Shown here one piece after another: positions 39,921 through 49,188 of a stretch of DNA of 64,000 bases. Source of the DNA: a virus. The DNA is taken from positions 50,736 to 114,735 of IMG/VR virus record IMGVR_UViG_3300027969_000058, one strand, 5' to 3'. The notes under the pieces were generated by a model, which was not told the origin of the DNA, searched no databases, and was given only the letters and a program-made list of their open reading frames with translations. A program made the translations under genes and the position numbers. Position 1 is the first letter of the stretch. Each line of letters begins with the position of its first letter.

Positions 39921-40286
39921 TTAACCTCCGAGGGCGATAGCAAGGGCAGTGGCTGCCGTTGAACCTCTATCGTACTCGATTAAAGACTCGCTGTTGATTG
40001 TGATAAAAATTTGTTTGTTGCCTGCGCCAAAGTTAGTCAATTGATTACTGTTGGAACTTGCAACGACCTTGAGCCTCACTATAGAATTGGTAGCGGTGAC
40101 ATAGTAGCCGACACCAGTTTCCCATTCGGTAGTTCCTGGATTGGTTATAGCATAGTCGAATTGACTGCCATTGACGCATACTGCTGAAAATGGAAGGAAT
40201 CCACTACCGGATCCGACTAATGCCACTGTTCCCGTGCCTGTGGTTAAGAAAACTTCCTTAACCCTATCTGAGCGAAGTTTTGCCAT
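39921..40286 (-). CDS. Tail-associated structural protein
   Basis: DRVKE..TTGTGT, EWETGVG, FGAGNKQIFIT, AIALG. Confidence 0.7.
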   Translation of the reverse strand: MAKLRSDRVKEVFLTTGTGTVALVGSGSGFLPFSAVCVNGSQFDYAITNPGTTEWETGVGYYVTATNSIVRLKVVASSNSNQLTNFGAGNKQIFITINSESLIEYDRGSTAATALAIALGG

Positions 40287-40302
40287 TTCATTGACTCCTT
40301 AA

Positions 40303-40707
40303 TTAAGGATTGTTCAATGTAATTGTCAAAGTGATTCTTATCTCGTCACCGTTGTTAGCAATGTTAATTGGAGCATTACTGAATCTATTGGCAAACATCA
40401 ACGCACCTGTGGTCTTCTGTGTTACGTAGTAACCATAAATGTTACCAGCGGCACCACTGAAACCAAATGTCTGTTGTGGGTAAGCGGCAGTTGATGGGTC
40501 ACCATCTGTGAATACGAAGGTTGCTGGTAACAGTTCAATTGAAGCGTAACCATTACCTGATACTTCAGTATAGTCGCCTGCGATGTCTGTCTTAGCAGGT
40601 GTTTGGTCATCGCTATAAAGACGCAACACCAAATTCTCACCTGCGGTCTTGTTTAAAAATGCTTTTAGTGCAACTGTTTCAGCTGCGTTTGTGAATACTA
40701 CGGCCAT
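40303..40707 (-). CDS. Tail-associated structural protein
   Basis: LRLYS, EVSGNGYA, IYGYYV; TATAAATA upstream. Confidence 0.7.
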   Translation of the reverse strand: MAVVFTNAAETVALKAFLNKTAGENLVLRLYSDDQTPAKTDIAGDYTEVSGNGYASIELLPATFVFTDGDPSTAAYPQQTFGFSGAAGNIYGYYVTQKTTGALMFANRFSNAPINIANNGDEIRITLTITLNNP

Positions 40708-40747
40708 GTTTTTGTTCCTTTAATGAAAGAGAATTCTCTATTCTTAT

Positions 40748-41629
40748 TTATACAAAAGAGTAGGTAAATTCCACTGACAGTCCCGAACCTCTGTTCTGGG
40801 CTCCAACTGTATTTATGTCCACAGTCAAGTAGTCGTCCGAAACCATAGAAATATCCACAACTTCAACTTTCTTAACTGTGTTTTGGGCTATTAAAATAGT
40901 TTTAACAGCCACTCCTGTTTTTCTAATAACCACTGTAACTGTGTCATCAGCAACACTTGCGAGCCTTGTTATAATTTTATTAACTTTGATATTTGCGGGA
41001 TTATGCCATCGTATTTGGCCTGTGGTTAGGGATAATTCCCCATCTTGATAGAGTATTACTGATTTATCTTCTGCTGTTATTTTGATAGATTTTGGATCAG
41101 AACTTATATCTGTTGTGATCTTAATTCCCGAACCTGCTACAAATCGAATAGTATCCAGTCCGTTGGCAACAAGGTCTTGCTGGCCATCTACTTTCCAGTA
41201 TTTGAAAGTAGAATTCATTCCCACTTTAACTGCGCCGTCACCCAGGTCAGTGATGTCAAAGCCGGCTTCGGTGTCAAACCTAATGGCTGTGATGTTATTA
41301 ATAGTTCCGCTTACAATGTTGGCGCCGTCAATTACACTGACAGATAGTGGGTTTGCCACCACACCCGAAAGGTCTGCACTGATAACTCCGTTGACAATCT
41401 TAATGGTAGAGCCATCAATCTTAACACCACCCTTAGTGGTTGTACTGGCAGTGGGCAGTATGTAACCGCCTGTGCCACCAGAACCTAAATGGATACCTCC
41501 AGGAGTTACACCATCACTTAGTCTAAAGTCTCCAGTTTCTATATCAAAGAATAAATTGCCTGATTGTCCGACAAATTCTTCAATGTCAATCTTGGTTAAA
41601 CCCGCTTGTATTTTACGTAAAAATGCCAT
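40748..41629 (-). CDS. Fibre-type structural protein
   Basis: LSDGVTPGG, YILPTASTTTKGGVKI, DTIRFVAGSGI. Confidence 0.7.
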   Translation of the reverse strand: MAFLRKIQAGLTKIDIEEFVGQSGNLFFDIETGDFRLSDGVTPGGIHLGSGGTGGYILPTASTTTKGGVKIDGSTIKIVNGVISADLSGVVANPLSVSVIDGANIVSGTINNITAIRFDTEAGFDITDLGDGAVKVGMNSTFKYWKVDGQQDLVANGLDTIRFVAGSGIKITTDISSDPKSIKITAEDKSVILYQDGELSLTTGQIRWHNPANIKVNKIITRLASVADDTVTVVIRKTGVAVKTILIAQNTVKKVEVVDISMVSDDYLTVDINTVGAQNRGSGLSVEFTYSFV

Positions 41630-41648
41630 TATCGCTCCTGGCTTTTAA

Positions 41649-41906
41649 TTATCTAAACATAGGGTTTTGTTTTTCTTCAGGTTCAGTTTCGTCTTGTGTT
41701 AAATTGTTAATAACAGGACTTACTTTGCCTGCTTCTGCTTTTTTAAGCTCTACATCTTGTTGTAGCGGAGGAACCATTACAGGATCAGGGTCTAACTCTG
41801 ACGGATCTTTTGGATCATCTGCGCCTGGCATGTCGATTTCTGGATCGCCATCTCCATTGATTTTAATTGTAATTGGTACGTTGATTGTAAATTCACGGGC
41901 TCGCAT
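41649..41906 (-). CDS. Small acidic/Pro-rich head-type protein
   Basis: MRAREF N-terminus; MVPPLQQDVELKK. Confidence 0.65.
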   Translation of the reverse strand: MRAREFTINVPITIKINGDGDPEIDMPGADDPKDPSELDPDPVMVPPLQQDVELKKAEAGKVSPVINNLTQDETEPEEKQNPMFR

Positions 41907-41925
41907 ATATTTTATCCTCTACCAA

Positions 41926-41940
41926 TATTTATCTTAAATA
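41926..41940. promoter_or_regulatory. Back-to-back TAAATA late-type promoters
   Basis: Minus 41926-41931 toward fibre operon; plus 41935-41940, 7 nt before hemA ATG. Confidence 0.65.
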
Positions 41941-41947
41941 ACAGACT

Positions 41948-43147
41948 ATGATAGATAAACAACCATTCGAAGCATTACTAAAAAACCTTAAAGATTCTGG
42001 CAAGTATCGTGTGTTTAACGATATTATGCGTGAAAACGGCAAGTTCCCCCAGGCCATATGGTATGGGCCATACGCTATAAAGAACATTGTAAACTGGTGC
42101 TCAAACGATTACTTGGGCATGGGTCAGCATAAGGTTGTTATAGATGCTATGCGTACAGCATTGGACATGACAGGTGCTGGCTCAGGCGGTACTCGCAACA
42201 TTGCAGGTACCAGTCACTATCACGTTGCGTTAGAACACGAGCTTGCAACACTGCATAAGAAAGAACGGGCATTGTTATTCTCAAGTGCTTATGTGGCCAA
42301 CGAGTGGACACTGATAGCACTGGCTAAGATCATTCCCAATATAGAATATATCAGCGACAGTAATAATCACAACTCAATCATTGTGGGCATACAGCACAGT
42401 CGTGCAAAGAAAAGTATATTCAAACATAACGATATGCAGATGTTAGAGGAACTGTTGGAAGTCAGTGTGGCTGCAGGTAATAAACCCTGCATTGTATTTG
42501 AGTCAGTATACTCAATGGATGGCGATGTGGGCATGATCAAAGAGATATGTGACCTTGCTGATAAGTATGGTGCTATGACCTACATTGATGAAGTACATGC
42601 TGTGGGCCTGTATGGGGCAACAGGTGCAGGCAAAGTTGAGGAGTACGGGCTACAGGATCGTGTTGACATAGTTAACGGTACACTTGGTAAAGCATTTGGA
42701 GTACAGGGCGGATACATTGCCTGTGACAGTATCGTAGCTGATGCTATCCGTAGTATTGCCGCTGGCTTTATCTTTACAACATCTATGAGTCCTGTAACCT
42801 GTGCTGGCGCACTGGCTGCTGTTAAGTACTTAAAAAGTCATGGTGAGCTACGTGAGCAACATCAAGACCGTGCCCGCAAGTTAAAATATAGATTGATCAA
42901 AGCTGGCATACCCGTTATGGCGTGTAGTACTACACACATTGTACCTGTGCTGGTTGGGGATGCTAAACGTGCCAAAGCAATGAGCGATGCATTGATTAAC
43001 GATCACAACATCTATGTGCAGGCCATCAACTATCCCACAGTGGATGTGGGAACGGAGAGGTTGCGATTTGCTCCCACTCCGTTTCACGATGATGGTATGA
43101 TCGAAGACTTGGTTCAAGCCCTCGTCAAAGTGTTTAACACATACTGA
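41948..43147 (+). CDS. hemA: 5-aminolevulinate synthase (PLP, C4/Shemin pathway)
   Basis: [66 protein letters not shown]. Confidence 0.93.
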   Translation: MIDKQPFEALLKNLKDSGKYRVFNDIMRENGKFPQAIWYGPYAIKNIVNWCSNDYLGMGQHKVVIDAMRTALDMTGAGSGGTRNIAGTSHYHVALEHELATLHKKERALLFSSAYVANEWTLIALAKIIPNIEYISDSNNHNSIIVGIQHSRAKKSIFKHNDMQMLEELLEVSVAAGNKPCIVFESVYSMDGDVGMIKEICDLADKYGAMTYIDEVHAVGLYGATGAGKVEEYGLQDRVDIVNGTLGKAFGVQGGYIACDSIVADAIRSIAAGFIFTTSMSPVTCAGALAAVKYLKSHGELREQHQDRARKLKYRLIKAGIPVMACSTTHIVPVLVGDAKRAKAMSDALINDHNIYVQAINYPTVDVGTERLRFAPTPFHDDGMIEDLVQALVKVFNTY

Positions 43148-43367
43148 GAACTTGTGTAACACCAAATACTAATGCAGCTCGTAACTGCAAGTCAGCGCCA
43201 GCAGATTCTAACTTCTCAGTGTTGATCAAGTCTTCAAGCAGGGCACGAGCTTCGTCTTGTGAAACTTGTCCGTTCTGTAGAGCTTCTGCTATTTGTAGAG
43301 CATATTGAGCACGTTCAGCTGCCCAAGGTTGCCCACTGTTAATCACTTCATGCAGTACTGAGCTCAT
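43134..43367 (-). CDS. Small helical hypothetical protein
   Basis: MSSVLHE; ATGA overlap. Confidence 0.65.
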   Translation of the reverse strand: MSSVLHEVINSGQPWAAERAQYALQIAEALQNGQVSQDEARALLEDLINTEKLESAGADLQLRAALVFGVTQVLSMC

Positions 43368-44251
43368 AGTCCGCTCGCGCCCATTGTTGCCCACTCACGT
43401 GCGCCATTTGGTAATGTCTGCTCACAAGCCAACTGTGCTACCATTGTTGTAACAATACCTGCTACAACCGCTGCACAACTTTGTGGGACGATCATAGCAC
43501 CAGCCGCTACATCAAACGATTTTGCCAACGAGAATGCAATGGCAAACGTTAGAATTTGTTTATTAGATTCACCGATTGCTTTACGCACATCTGGAGCCAT
43601 CCAAATCAATTCAACAAATGCTGCTGCTGTTAAATCACAGGCTGCACCTAATGCTACTGCACCTACAGTTTCTTTAGCTGCCAAATACATAATAGCAGTA
43701 GCACTTAGTGGTGCTGTTGCTGCCACTGTAGTTGCTTGACTGCTTGGCTCTGGACGATATAACAACGCGGCAAATACTGTACCTAATGCAATGCTAACAC
43801 CGATCTGGCAGTAGTTGGCTTGCACCCACTCAGCCATCAACTCACCACCACGTGCGACACCATATACACCTGCACGAGCACCTTGCTCCATGGCTCTAAT
43901 AGCCAACTTGCTACCTGCATCAATATCACCAAGAGCGGCATCAGCTACTTTAGCAGACCACATACCATGACGGGTGTAACCAATTTTTGCTTGTCCGGCG
44001 GCACTAACTCCGATACCGTGAACTGAGTTGATCGAGTTTCTCGCAAACTGTTCAGCTTGACCAGTAAGATTACCAGCCCCATCAGTGATCTGTTGACCTG
44101 CAACATTAATTGCTTTAGGTGTTTCTCTGATTACAGTATTGATTACATTAGTAGTAGGTGCTACTACTGCGTTGTTAACTGTGTTTACTGCGCTGTTAAA
44201 TGTATTTGTCACAGCCGTGTAGCTACTTTTCTTAAACGGATTCCATCCCAT
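43364..44251 (-). CDS. Ala-rich protein with hydrophobic C-terminal half
   Basis: MGWNPFKK; AGGAG RBS; several hydrophobic helices. Confidence 0.7.
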   Translation of the reverse strand: MGWNPFKKSSYTAVTNTFNSAVNTVNNAVVAPTTNVINTVIRETPKAINVAGQQITDGAGNLTGQAEQFARNSINSVHGIGVSAAGQAKIGYTRHGMWSAKVADAALGDIDAGSKLAIRAMEQGARAGVYGVARGGELMAEWVQANYCQIGVSIALGTVFAALLYRPEPSSQATTVAATAPLSATAIMYLAAKETVGAVALGAACDLTAAAFVELIWMAPDVRKAIGESNKQILTFAIAFSLAKSFDVAAGAMIVPQSCAAVVAGIVTTMVAQLACEQTLPNGAREWATMGASGL

Positions 44252-44269
44252 AATTTAACTCCTTAATAA

Positions 44270-44989
44270 TTATTTGGATTTTTCTAACTTAGCAATGTAG
44301 TTGGCCATCATGTGATCAAACACACCAATATACTTTTGCCCTTTTGATCTGGCTCTCAATCTACTGCGAACCATATCTTTCACACGCTGCCACGGAGTTA
44401 GGTCTCTAAACTCTCCATGGAAGTTCATGTACTTGTGTGTGCCATGATGATCAAATCCCATTAGTCTAAATGGAACTTTGGTTACATCATCACAGTTGTT
44501 TTGTACTCTGTAATGCTCTATTGTTAAGCTCTTAACAAACTCTGCATTGCCAACTCTTGGCGAACCAAATGTTACCAATGCTGTTACACGATCCTGCATA
44601 CGACTGGCAGCGATTGTGGCCATGGCAGCACCAAGACTGTGTCCAGTTACATATACATTACCTGGATTGTCTGCAAGTGCGGCAGTGATGCTGGGCCATA
44701 GTTTGTTTATTTCGCCTTTGAATCCTACGTGTACTTTGCCGCCACAGGCTTCAATGTTCTTACCTGACTTTAGGTCTGCCAACACATCTGACTTCTCAGT
44801 TACTTCAGTACCTCTAAATGACAGCACTGTAATAGTACCATTGGTTAACAAGTATGCCTGTGCTCCGTCTATGTCAAAGAACTCTACAATGGTATAGCCT
44901 AAGGCTTTAAACTTACTTTTAGAATCTTTGGGATTGTCATAGGTAGTTTGCGCTATGTTAGCAAACTCTAATAGTAGTTCTGTTTTCAT
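44270..44989 (-). CDS. Lipase class 3
   Basis: SFRGT, VHVGF, TGHSLGAA, TFGSPRVG, DDVTKVP, DH. Confidence 0.92.
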   Translation of the reverse strand: MKTELLLEFANIAQTTYDNPKDSKSKFKALGYTIVEFFDIDGAQAYLLTNGTITVLSFRGTEVTEKSDVLADLKSGKNIEACGGKVHVGFKGEINKLWPSITAALADNPGNVYVTGHSLGAAMATIAASRMQDRVTALVTFGSPRVGNAEFVKSLTIEHYRVQNNCDDVTKVPFRLMGFDHHGTHKYMNFHGEFRDLTPWQRVKDMVRSRLRARSKGQKYIGVFDHMMANYIAKLEKSK

Positions 44990-45372
44990 TAGAATCTTCC
45001 TTGTGTTGTTTTAGCCAGCACGTCAGCTTGCTGTTTAATAATCTTGATCTTTATATCGCAATACATAGGACTAACTGGTCCTGTCTTTAGGCGATCCTGA
45101 TACTCGTTAACAGTGTTTGTTATTGTACCAGTTAGCTTGGCAATATCCTTAGTGGGTTTAGTCTTAGCATAGGTATCAAACCACTCTACATTCAATGCTA
45201 ATGATTTAAGCTGTTGGGCTTGATCACCTCGACAATCAAAGTGATTAGTCTGTACCTGGATGTCTGTTATGACTTTGGCTTGATTGGCATCCCACTTGCT
45301 GGGAATCATATCAACTATGCTGGCACAACCAGTTAGTCCTACTACTGCTAACATAACTATGAGTCTTTTCAT
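44989..45372 (-). CDS. Lipoprotein
   Basis: Lipobox LTGC; TAATG coupling to lipase. Confidence 0.75.
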   Translation of the reverse strand: MKRLIVMLAVVGLTGCASIVDMIPSKWDANQAKVITDIQVQTNHFDCRGDQAQQLKSLALNVEWFDTYAKTKPTKDIAKLTGTITNTVNEYQDRLKTGPVSPMYCDIKIKIIKQQADVLAKTTQGRF

Positions 45373-45382
45373 ATTCTAATCC

Positions 45383-46195
45383 TTAGTCTGCTTTACCGCA
45401 CTTAGCACGTTTTGCATTTGTCAATGCGCCATAGTCCATAGGCCACTCTTGTCCTGGGGTAATCTCTTTTGCGTTAGCAGGGAATTTATATGCTACACCT
45501 GCTTGTTTCATAATCTCTGCTACCGGCTTACGGAATACTGTTAGATCGTTACCTAAATTAACATATGGTTTAGTATGGGGGAATACCCAACCTGCAATCT
45601 GTTTTGTATCGTTATTAATTACTATCTTGTAGTAACCGTGTGGAACAATAACGCCAGCACCGATAGTAGGATCGCCAGCACCATAGAATGCGCCAACATA
45701 GATGGTAAATGACTGTTTCTGTTGTACTGCCCAACCTCGGATGTTAGTTTCAAGTAGTTTCCATATGCCACGATTTAAACTGCCATGCTGTGGATACATA
45801 TTAGTCATTAGGAATGATTCGTATTCAACAATCTCACTCCAAGATAAGTCGCCATCCGGAGCGGCATGTCCTTTGTCATAGCCTGTGCCAGCGTAGTCAT
45901 CTGGGCGGGCACCGTTTGGTATGCTCTTGTCTGCTACAAAAGCATTAGTACGTGGCCAGCAGCCTAATGCATTTTGTGGCAGTAGCGTGTAGGCAACATA
46001 AACAGGAATCTTTACAGGAGCATCATAAGCAACCAAATACGCTTCACGGCAGATTGGTTGTGATGGACGCAGGGTGGCTGCAAAGCCATATGGGCTATGA
46101 ACAGCGCAGGCTTGTGGTGGTAGTGGAGCACGTTGCTCCCAGGCTTGTGCTAATCCTGCTGTGATCAGCAAGACTAAGGCTAATAATCGTTTCAT
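45383..46195 (-). CDS. Secreted non-specific DNA/RNA endonuclease (NucA/EndoG family)
   Basis: Signal peptide; GYDKGH, FLMTNMYPQ..LNRGIW..LE, VPHGYYK. Confidence 0.92.
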   Translation of the reverse strand: MKRLLALVLLITAGLAQAWEQRAPLPPQACAVHSPYGFAATLRPSQPICREAYLVAYDAPVKIPVYVAYTLLPQNALGCWPRTNAFVADKSIPNGARPDDYAGTGYDKGHAAPDGDLSWSEIVEYESFLMTNMYPQHGSLNRGIWKLLETNIRGWAVQQKQSFTIYVGAFYGAGDPTIGAGVIVPHGYYKIVINNDTKQIAGWVFPHTKPYVNLGNDLTVFRKPVAEIMKQAGVAYKFPANAKEITPGQEWPMDYGALTNAKRAKCGKAD

Positions 46196-46196
46196 G

Positions 46197-46223
46197 TAGT
46201 ACCTCGTTAAGTACTACTATTTA
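46197..46223 (-). promoter_or_regulatory. Late-type promoter with RBS-flanking hairpin
   Basis: TAAATA-GTAGTAC-ttaacgag-GTACTAC-ATG. Confidence 0.55.
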
Positions 46224-46225
46224 CC

Positions 46226-46642
46226 TTAGAAGCTGTTGTTGAACCATCCAACCTTTTTACCGTCGGCTATTCGTTTGTCATAAGCTTCTACACTACCCGG
46301 AAAACGCCAAGCCCATACTGCTACAATGCACATGAATATGCCCGTGTACACTACGCCCTTAACAGGCACAGTAAAGCTCATAATAACCAAACTGGTACTC
46401 ATCATGGCCAGCATAAAGTATTTCATCTTCTGTGGGAACACACGTTTTTCACCCCAGTTGGTTAGGAACGGTCCAAAGATCTTATGGTTGTATAACCAAC
46501 GATGCATACGTTCATTGCCCTTGCTAAAGCAATAGGCAGCAAACACTACAAAACAACTATAAGGGATGCCCGGAGTTATTAATCCGATATAAGCCATACC
46601 CAAACTTAAAAATCCCAATACATTCCAAAATAACTTTTTCAT
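46226..46642 (-). CDS. ybaN: YbaN/DUF454 inner-membrane protein
   Basis: LGMAYIG..PGIP..F...AAYCF, RMHRWL..HKIFGP, K..AM. Confidence 0.85.
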   Translation of the reverse strand: MKKLFWNVLGFLSLGMAYIGLITPGIPYSCFVVFAAYCFSKGNERMHRWLYNHKIFGPFLTNWGEKRVFPQKMKYFMLAMMSTSLVIMSFTVPVKGVVYTGIFMCIVAVWAWRFPGSVEAYDKRIADGKKVGWFNNSF

Positions 46643-47151
46643 GTAAGGTACTCCAGCCACTCTTGATAACGAACTTGGTAAGGCAATCGTTTACGTTTGT
46701 TAACCAGTTCATAGAACTCTGGCTTATAAGGTTTGTACTTAGGTTTATATTTGGTACTTGCACCTTTGTTTGCATTGCATGTGCCGCAGGCTGTAACACA
46801 GTTTTCAAAGCTGGTCTTGCCGCCTTTGCTCACAGGCATAACGTGGTCAAGAGTACATTCTTTTTTCTGCAACACCTTTTCGCAGTACAAGCAAGTGTAC
46901 AAGTCTCGAAGGTATACATTGCTTCTTGAGAATCGAACGTTGCTTTTAGTCTTCATATATTCTTTTAATATGATAACACTGGGAACCTTAGTTTCCCATA
47001 CTGCACTATGTACAATCCATTCTTCGTGCCATGTAAGTACGTGGCACTTTTCAAGTACCATATACTTTATAGCTTCTTGCCAATCAATAGTAGAAACTGG
47101 CAGAAAGCTAACTGGTGCTCCGTCGGCATTGAGTACGAGCGTGTCTGACAT
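46639..47151 (-). CDS. HNH endonuclease
   Basis: LVLNAD, RDLYTCLYC, TLDHVMPVSKGG, CGTCNANK. Confidence 0.9.
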   Translation of the reverse strand: MSDTLVLNADGAPVSFLPVSTIDWQEAIKYMVLEKCHVLTWHEEWIVHSAVWETKVPSVIILKEYMKTKSNVRFSRSNVYLRDLYTCLYCEKVLQKKECTLDHVMPVSKGGKTSFENCVTACGTCNANKGASTKYKPKYKPYKPEFYELVNKRKRLPYQVRYQEWLEYLT

Positions 47152-47181
47152 GTTAGATTTCCGTGTTAGGTTGAATACTAT

Positions 47182-47210
47182 ATTATATAGTAAAATTGCT
47201 ACTTGAACAA
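47182..47210 (-). promoter_or_regulatory. sigma70-like promoter
   Basis: TTGTTC-N17-TATAAT. Confidence 0.55.
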
Positions 47211-47224
47211 GCAGTTTTGGTGTG

Positions 47225-47773
47225 TTAAGCTAATATAGATCGAGCAAACTCGTTGCCAGAATGATCGATAGCTTTAGTCCATTGGCTTTGATTATCGAGA
47301 TCAAACACTAAATCTTGATCTGCTGTGGCCACTAACCAACTATGGTTATGTTTAAACGGTGGGTTACCTTGTATCTCATTCTCGAGTTGACCGGGAGTCC
47401 ACCCACACAATCCTACAAACAATCTCCATCGAGCAGGACAGTTGCCCATGGCTAAGTTTGTTAGTATATCTGCACTTGAACTAATAGAAAACGTATCATT
47501 AATTCTCATAGTGTTACTACACTTCCATTCGGCGCTGTGCAACATAGTAAATGCTTTAACATTTACAGGGCCACCAATATGTACAAATCCCGCAACATCT
47601 AAACTTACATTATGTTGTAGTGCAAACTCTTTAATAGTCATTTGACTGCGTTTATTCAACACAAGACCCACAGCGCCTTTGGTATGCTGCTCTGTTAGAA
47701 AAATTGTAGATTTTTCCCAGAAGTTACCTCTTACACTTGGAGGCGCAATGATTAAGTTACCTGTAAAATTCAT
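47225..47773 (-). CDS. yqgE: YqgE/AlgH (UPF0301) protein
   Basis: LIIAPP, GAVGLVLNK, GGPV, G..GWTPGQLENEI, SWL. Confidence 0.9.
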   Translation of the reverse strand: MNFTGNLIIAPPSVRGNFWEKSTIFLTEQHTKGAVGLVLNKRSQMTIKEFALQHNVSLDVAGFVHIGGPVNVKAFTMLHSAEWKCSNTMRINDTFSISSSADILTNLAMGNCPARWRLFVGLCGWTPGQLENEIQGNPPFKHNHSWLVATADQDLVFDLDNQSQWTKAIDHSGNEFARSILA

Positions 47774-49188
47774 TATGCAAATATCGTTCCGCCGACTTGC
47801 TGGCCGCCGGCTGCTTTAAGTTTATGTAAGTATCCAATGTTGGTACCAGGACCATAAGCTGCCGGATTGGCAGCAGTGAATCGTTGAATATCCTTTGGAG
47901 CATTAGGTAAGTGCTCTTTGATACCAGTTAGTATCGAAGTTAACTGTCGTTGTGTTGGGCCTCGAGTAAAATTAGGACTGGCTGCATGTCCGTCGGCACT
48001 GGTTCCAGTAACTGCTTGGAATTGGTTAGGAGCCATTAGCACACTGACAACACTGTTGCCCCACTTACCGGATCTCGTTCTATTTAAGATAACTGCCATG
48101 ACCAGGGCCTGCTCTTCTGAGTTGTTACTTGCTTCTGCAGAAACTGCTCTTAATAGGTAGTTCCATTCTTTCTCGTCCATGTCTCTACCTAAGAACTTGT
48201 CGGCAGTTGCTTTGCCTTCTTTGACTGTTTCGTCTGATGCTAATGCGGCTAAGTCGGCAGCGCCTTTACTATAGTCTGTGCTCTTAACATCCTTGTCTGT
48301 ACTCTTAGTAATTGTAATACCTTTAGTAGCAATCAATTTATTAAGTGCGGCTACAGTTTCTGTGCCCGGATCACCATCTACAGTAAGACTATTTGCCTGT
48401 TGGAATGCTTTAACAGCCTCAACAGTTTCAGGGCCACGTATCCCATCTGGACCATGCTTTGGTAATTTATATCCTAACGCTATCAATGCCTGCTGAACAT
48501 CACGCACAGCAGGGCCTCTACGTCCGGTCGGAACATCAAGGGTGGGTGCAGAAGGCGAGCCGCCTTGGCCTGCTTTGTCTTTGGTGCGAGGTGCGCCTGG
48601 TGCGCCTGTACTGTTTCCTAAGGAAACACCGCTACCAGATTGAGCTGTAACTTTATTGGCTACTTCTTTATAAACAGCCATAGTGGCATGCACGCCATCT
48701 GTTAATGGCTTGCCGTCGATATCGATAATAGGAACATCGATTGCACCTTTGATAGCATTGCGAACTTCTTCTTGATAATCGCCGCCGTAGTATTGAGCAA
48801 GGCCTGCGCCACTGCCTGGGCCATTAGGAAATAGCATAAAATATACTTTGGCGGGCTGTTGTGCTTGAACTTTAGCAACTACATTGGCCACGTTAGATGC
48901 AATAGTAGCTGCCGGAACTGGCTTACGCTGTCCTTTACTATCTATAACTGATCTCGATGCATTAGCAGTGTCGTTGGCACCCTGAGAAACTACTACAATC
49001 GCGCCTGCTGGTAGCTTACTGATATTAGCCAGCATTTGACTGTCTGTACTACTGCGGCCACCGATAGCTAAGTTAACCCAATCTTTGCCTCCAGCGTGTG
49101 CGATAGCCACTGCATGGCTATCGCCTATCGTATAGAATTTTGGGGTTTCACCAGCTTCTTTTACAATTTTAAATTCGTTGAATCTCAT
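47773..49188 (-). CDS. SGNH esterase + PG-binding + SleB-like hydrolase fusion
   Basis: IGDSH, GAND, DGVH; VRDVQQAL..LGY..DGIRG; VSAEA, VILNR, APNQFQAV; start MRFNEF at ATGA overlap. Confidence 0.85.
   Translation of the reverse strand: MRFNEFKIVKEAGETPKFYTIGDSHAVAIAHAGGKDWVNLAIGGRSSTDSQMLANISKLPAGAIVVVSQGANDTANASRSVIDSKGQRKPVPAATIASNVANVVAKVQAQQPAKVYFMLFPNGPGSGAGLAQYYGGDYQEEVRNAIKGAIDVPIIDIDGKPLTDGVHATMAVYKEVANKVTAQSGSGVSLGNSTGAPGAPRTKDKAGQGGSPSAPTLDVPTGRRGPAVRDVQQALIALGYKLPKHGPDGIRGPETVEAVKAFQQANSLTVDGDPGTETVAALNKLIATKGITITKSTDKDVKSTDYSKGAADLAALASDETVKEGKATADKFLGRDMDEKEWNYLLRAVSAEASNNSEEQALVMAVILNRTRSGKWGNSVVSVLMAPNQFQAVTGTSADGHAASPNFTRGPTQRQLTSILTGIKEHLPNAPKDIQRFTAANPAAYGPGTNIGYLHKLKAAGGQQVGGTIFA

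Noticed and set aside
41948-43147. BioF/KBL/serine palmitoyltransferase call
   Set aside because: [21 protein letters not shown] and INYPTV fit ALAS better.
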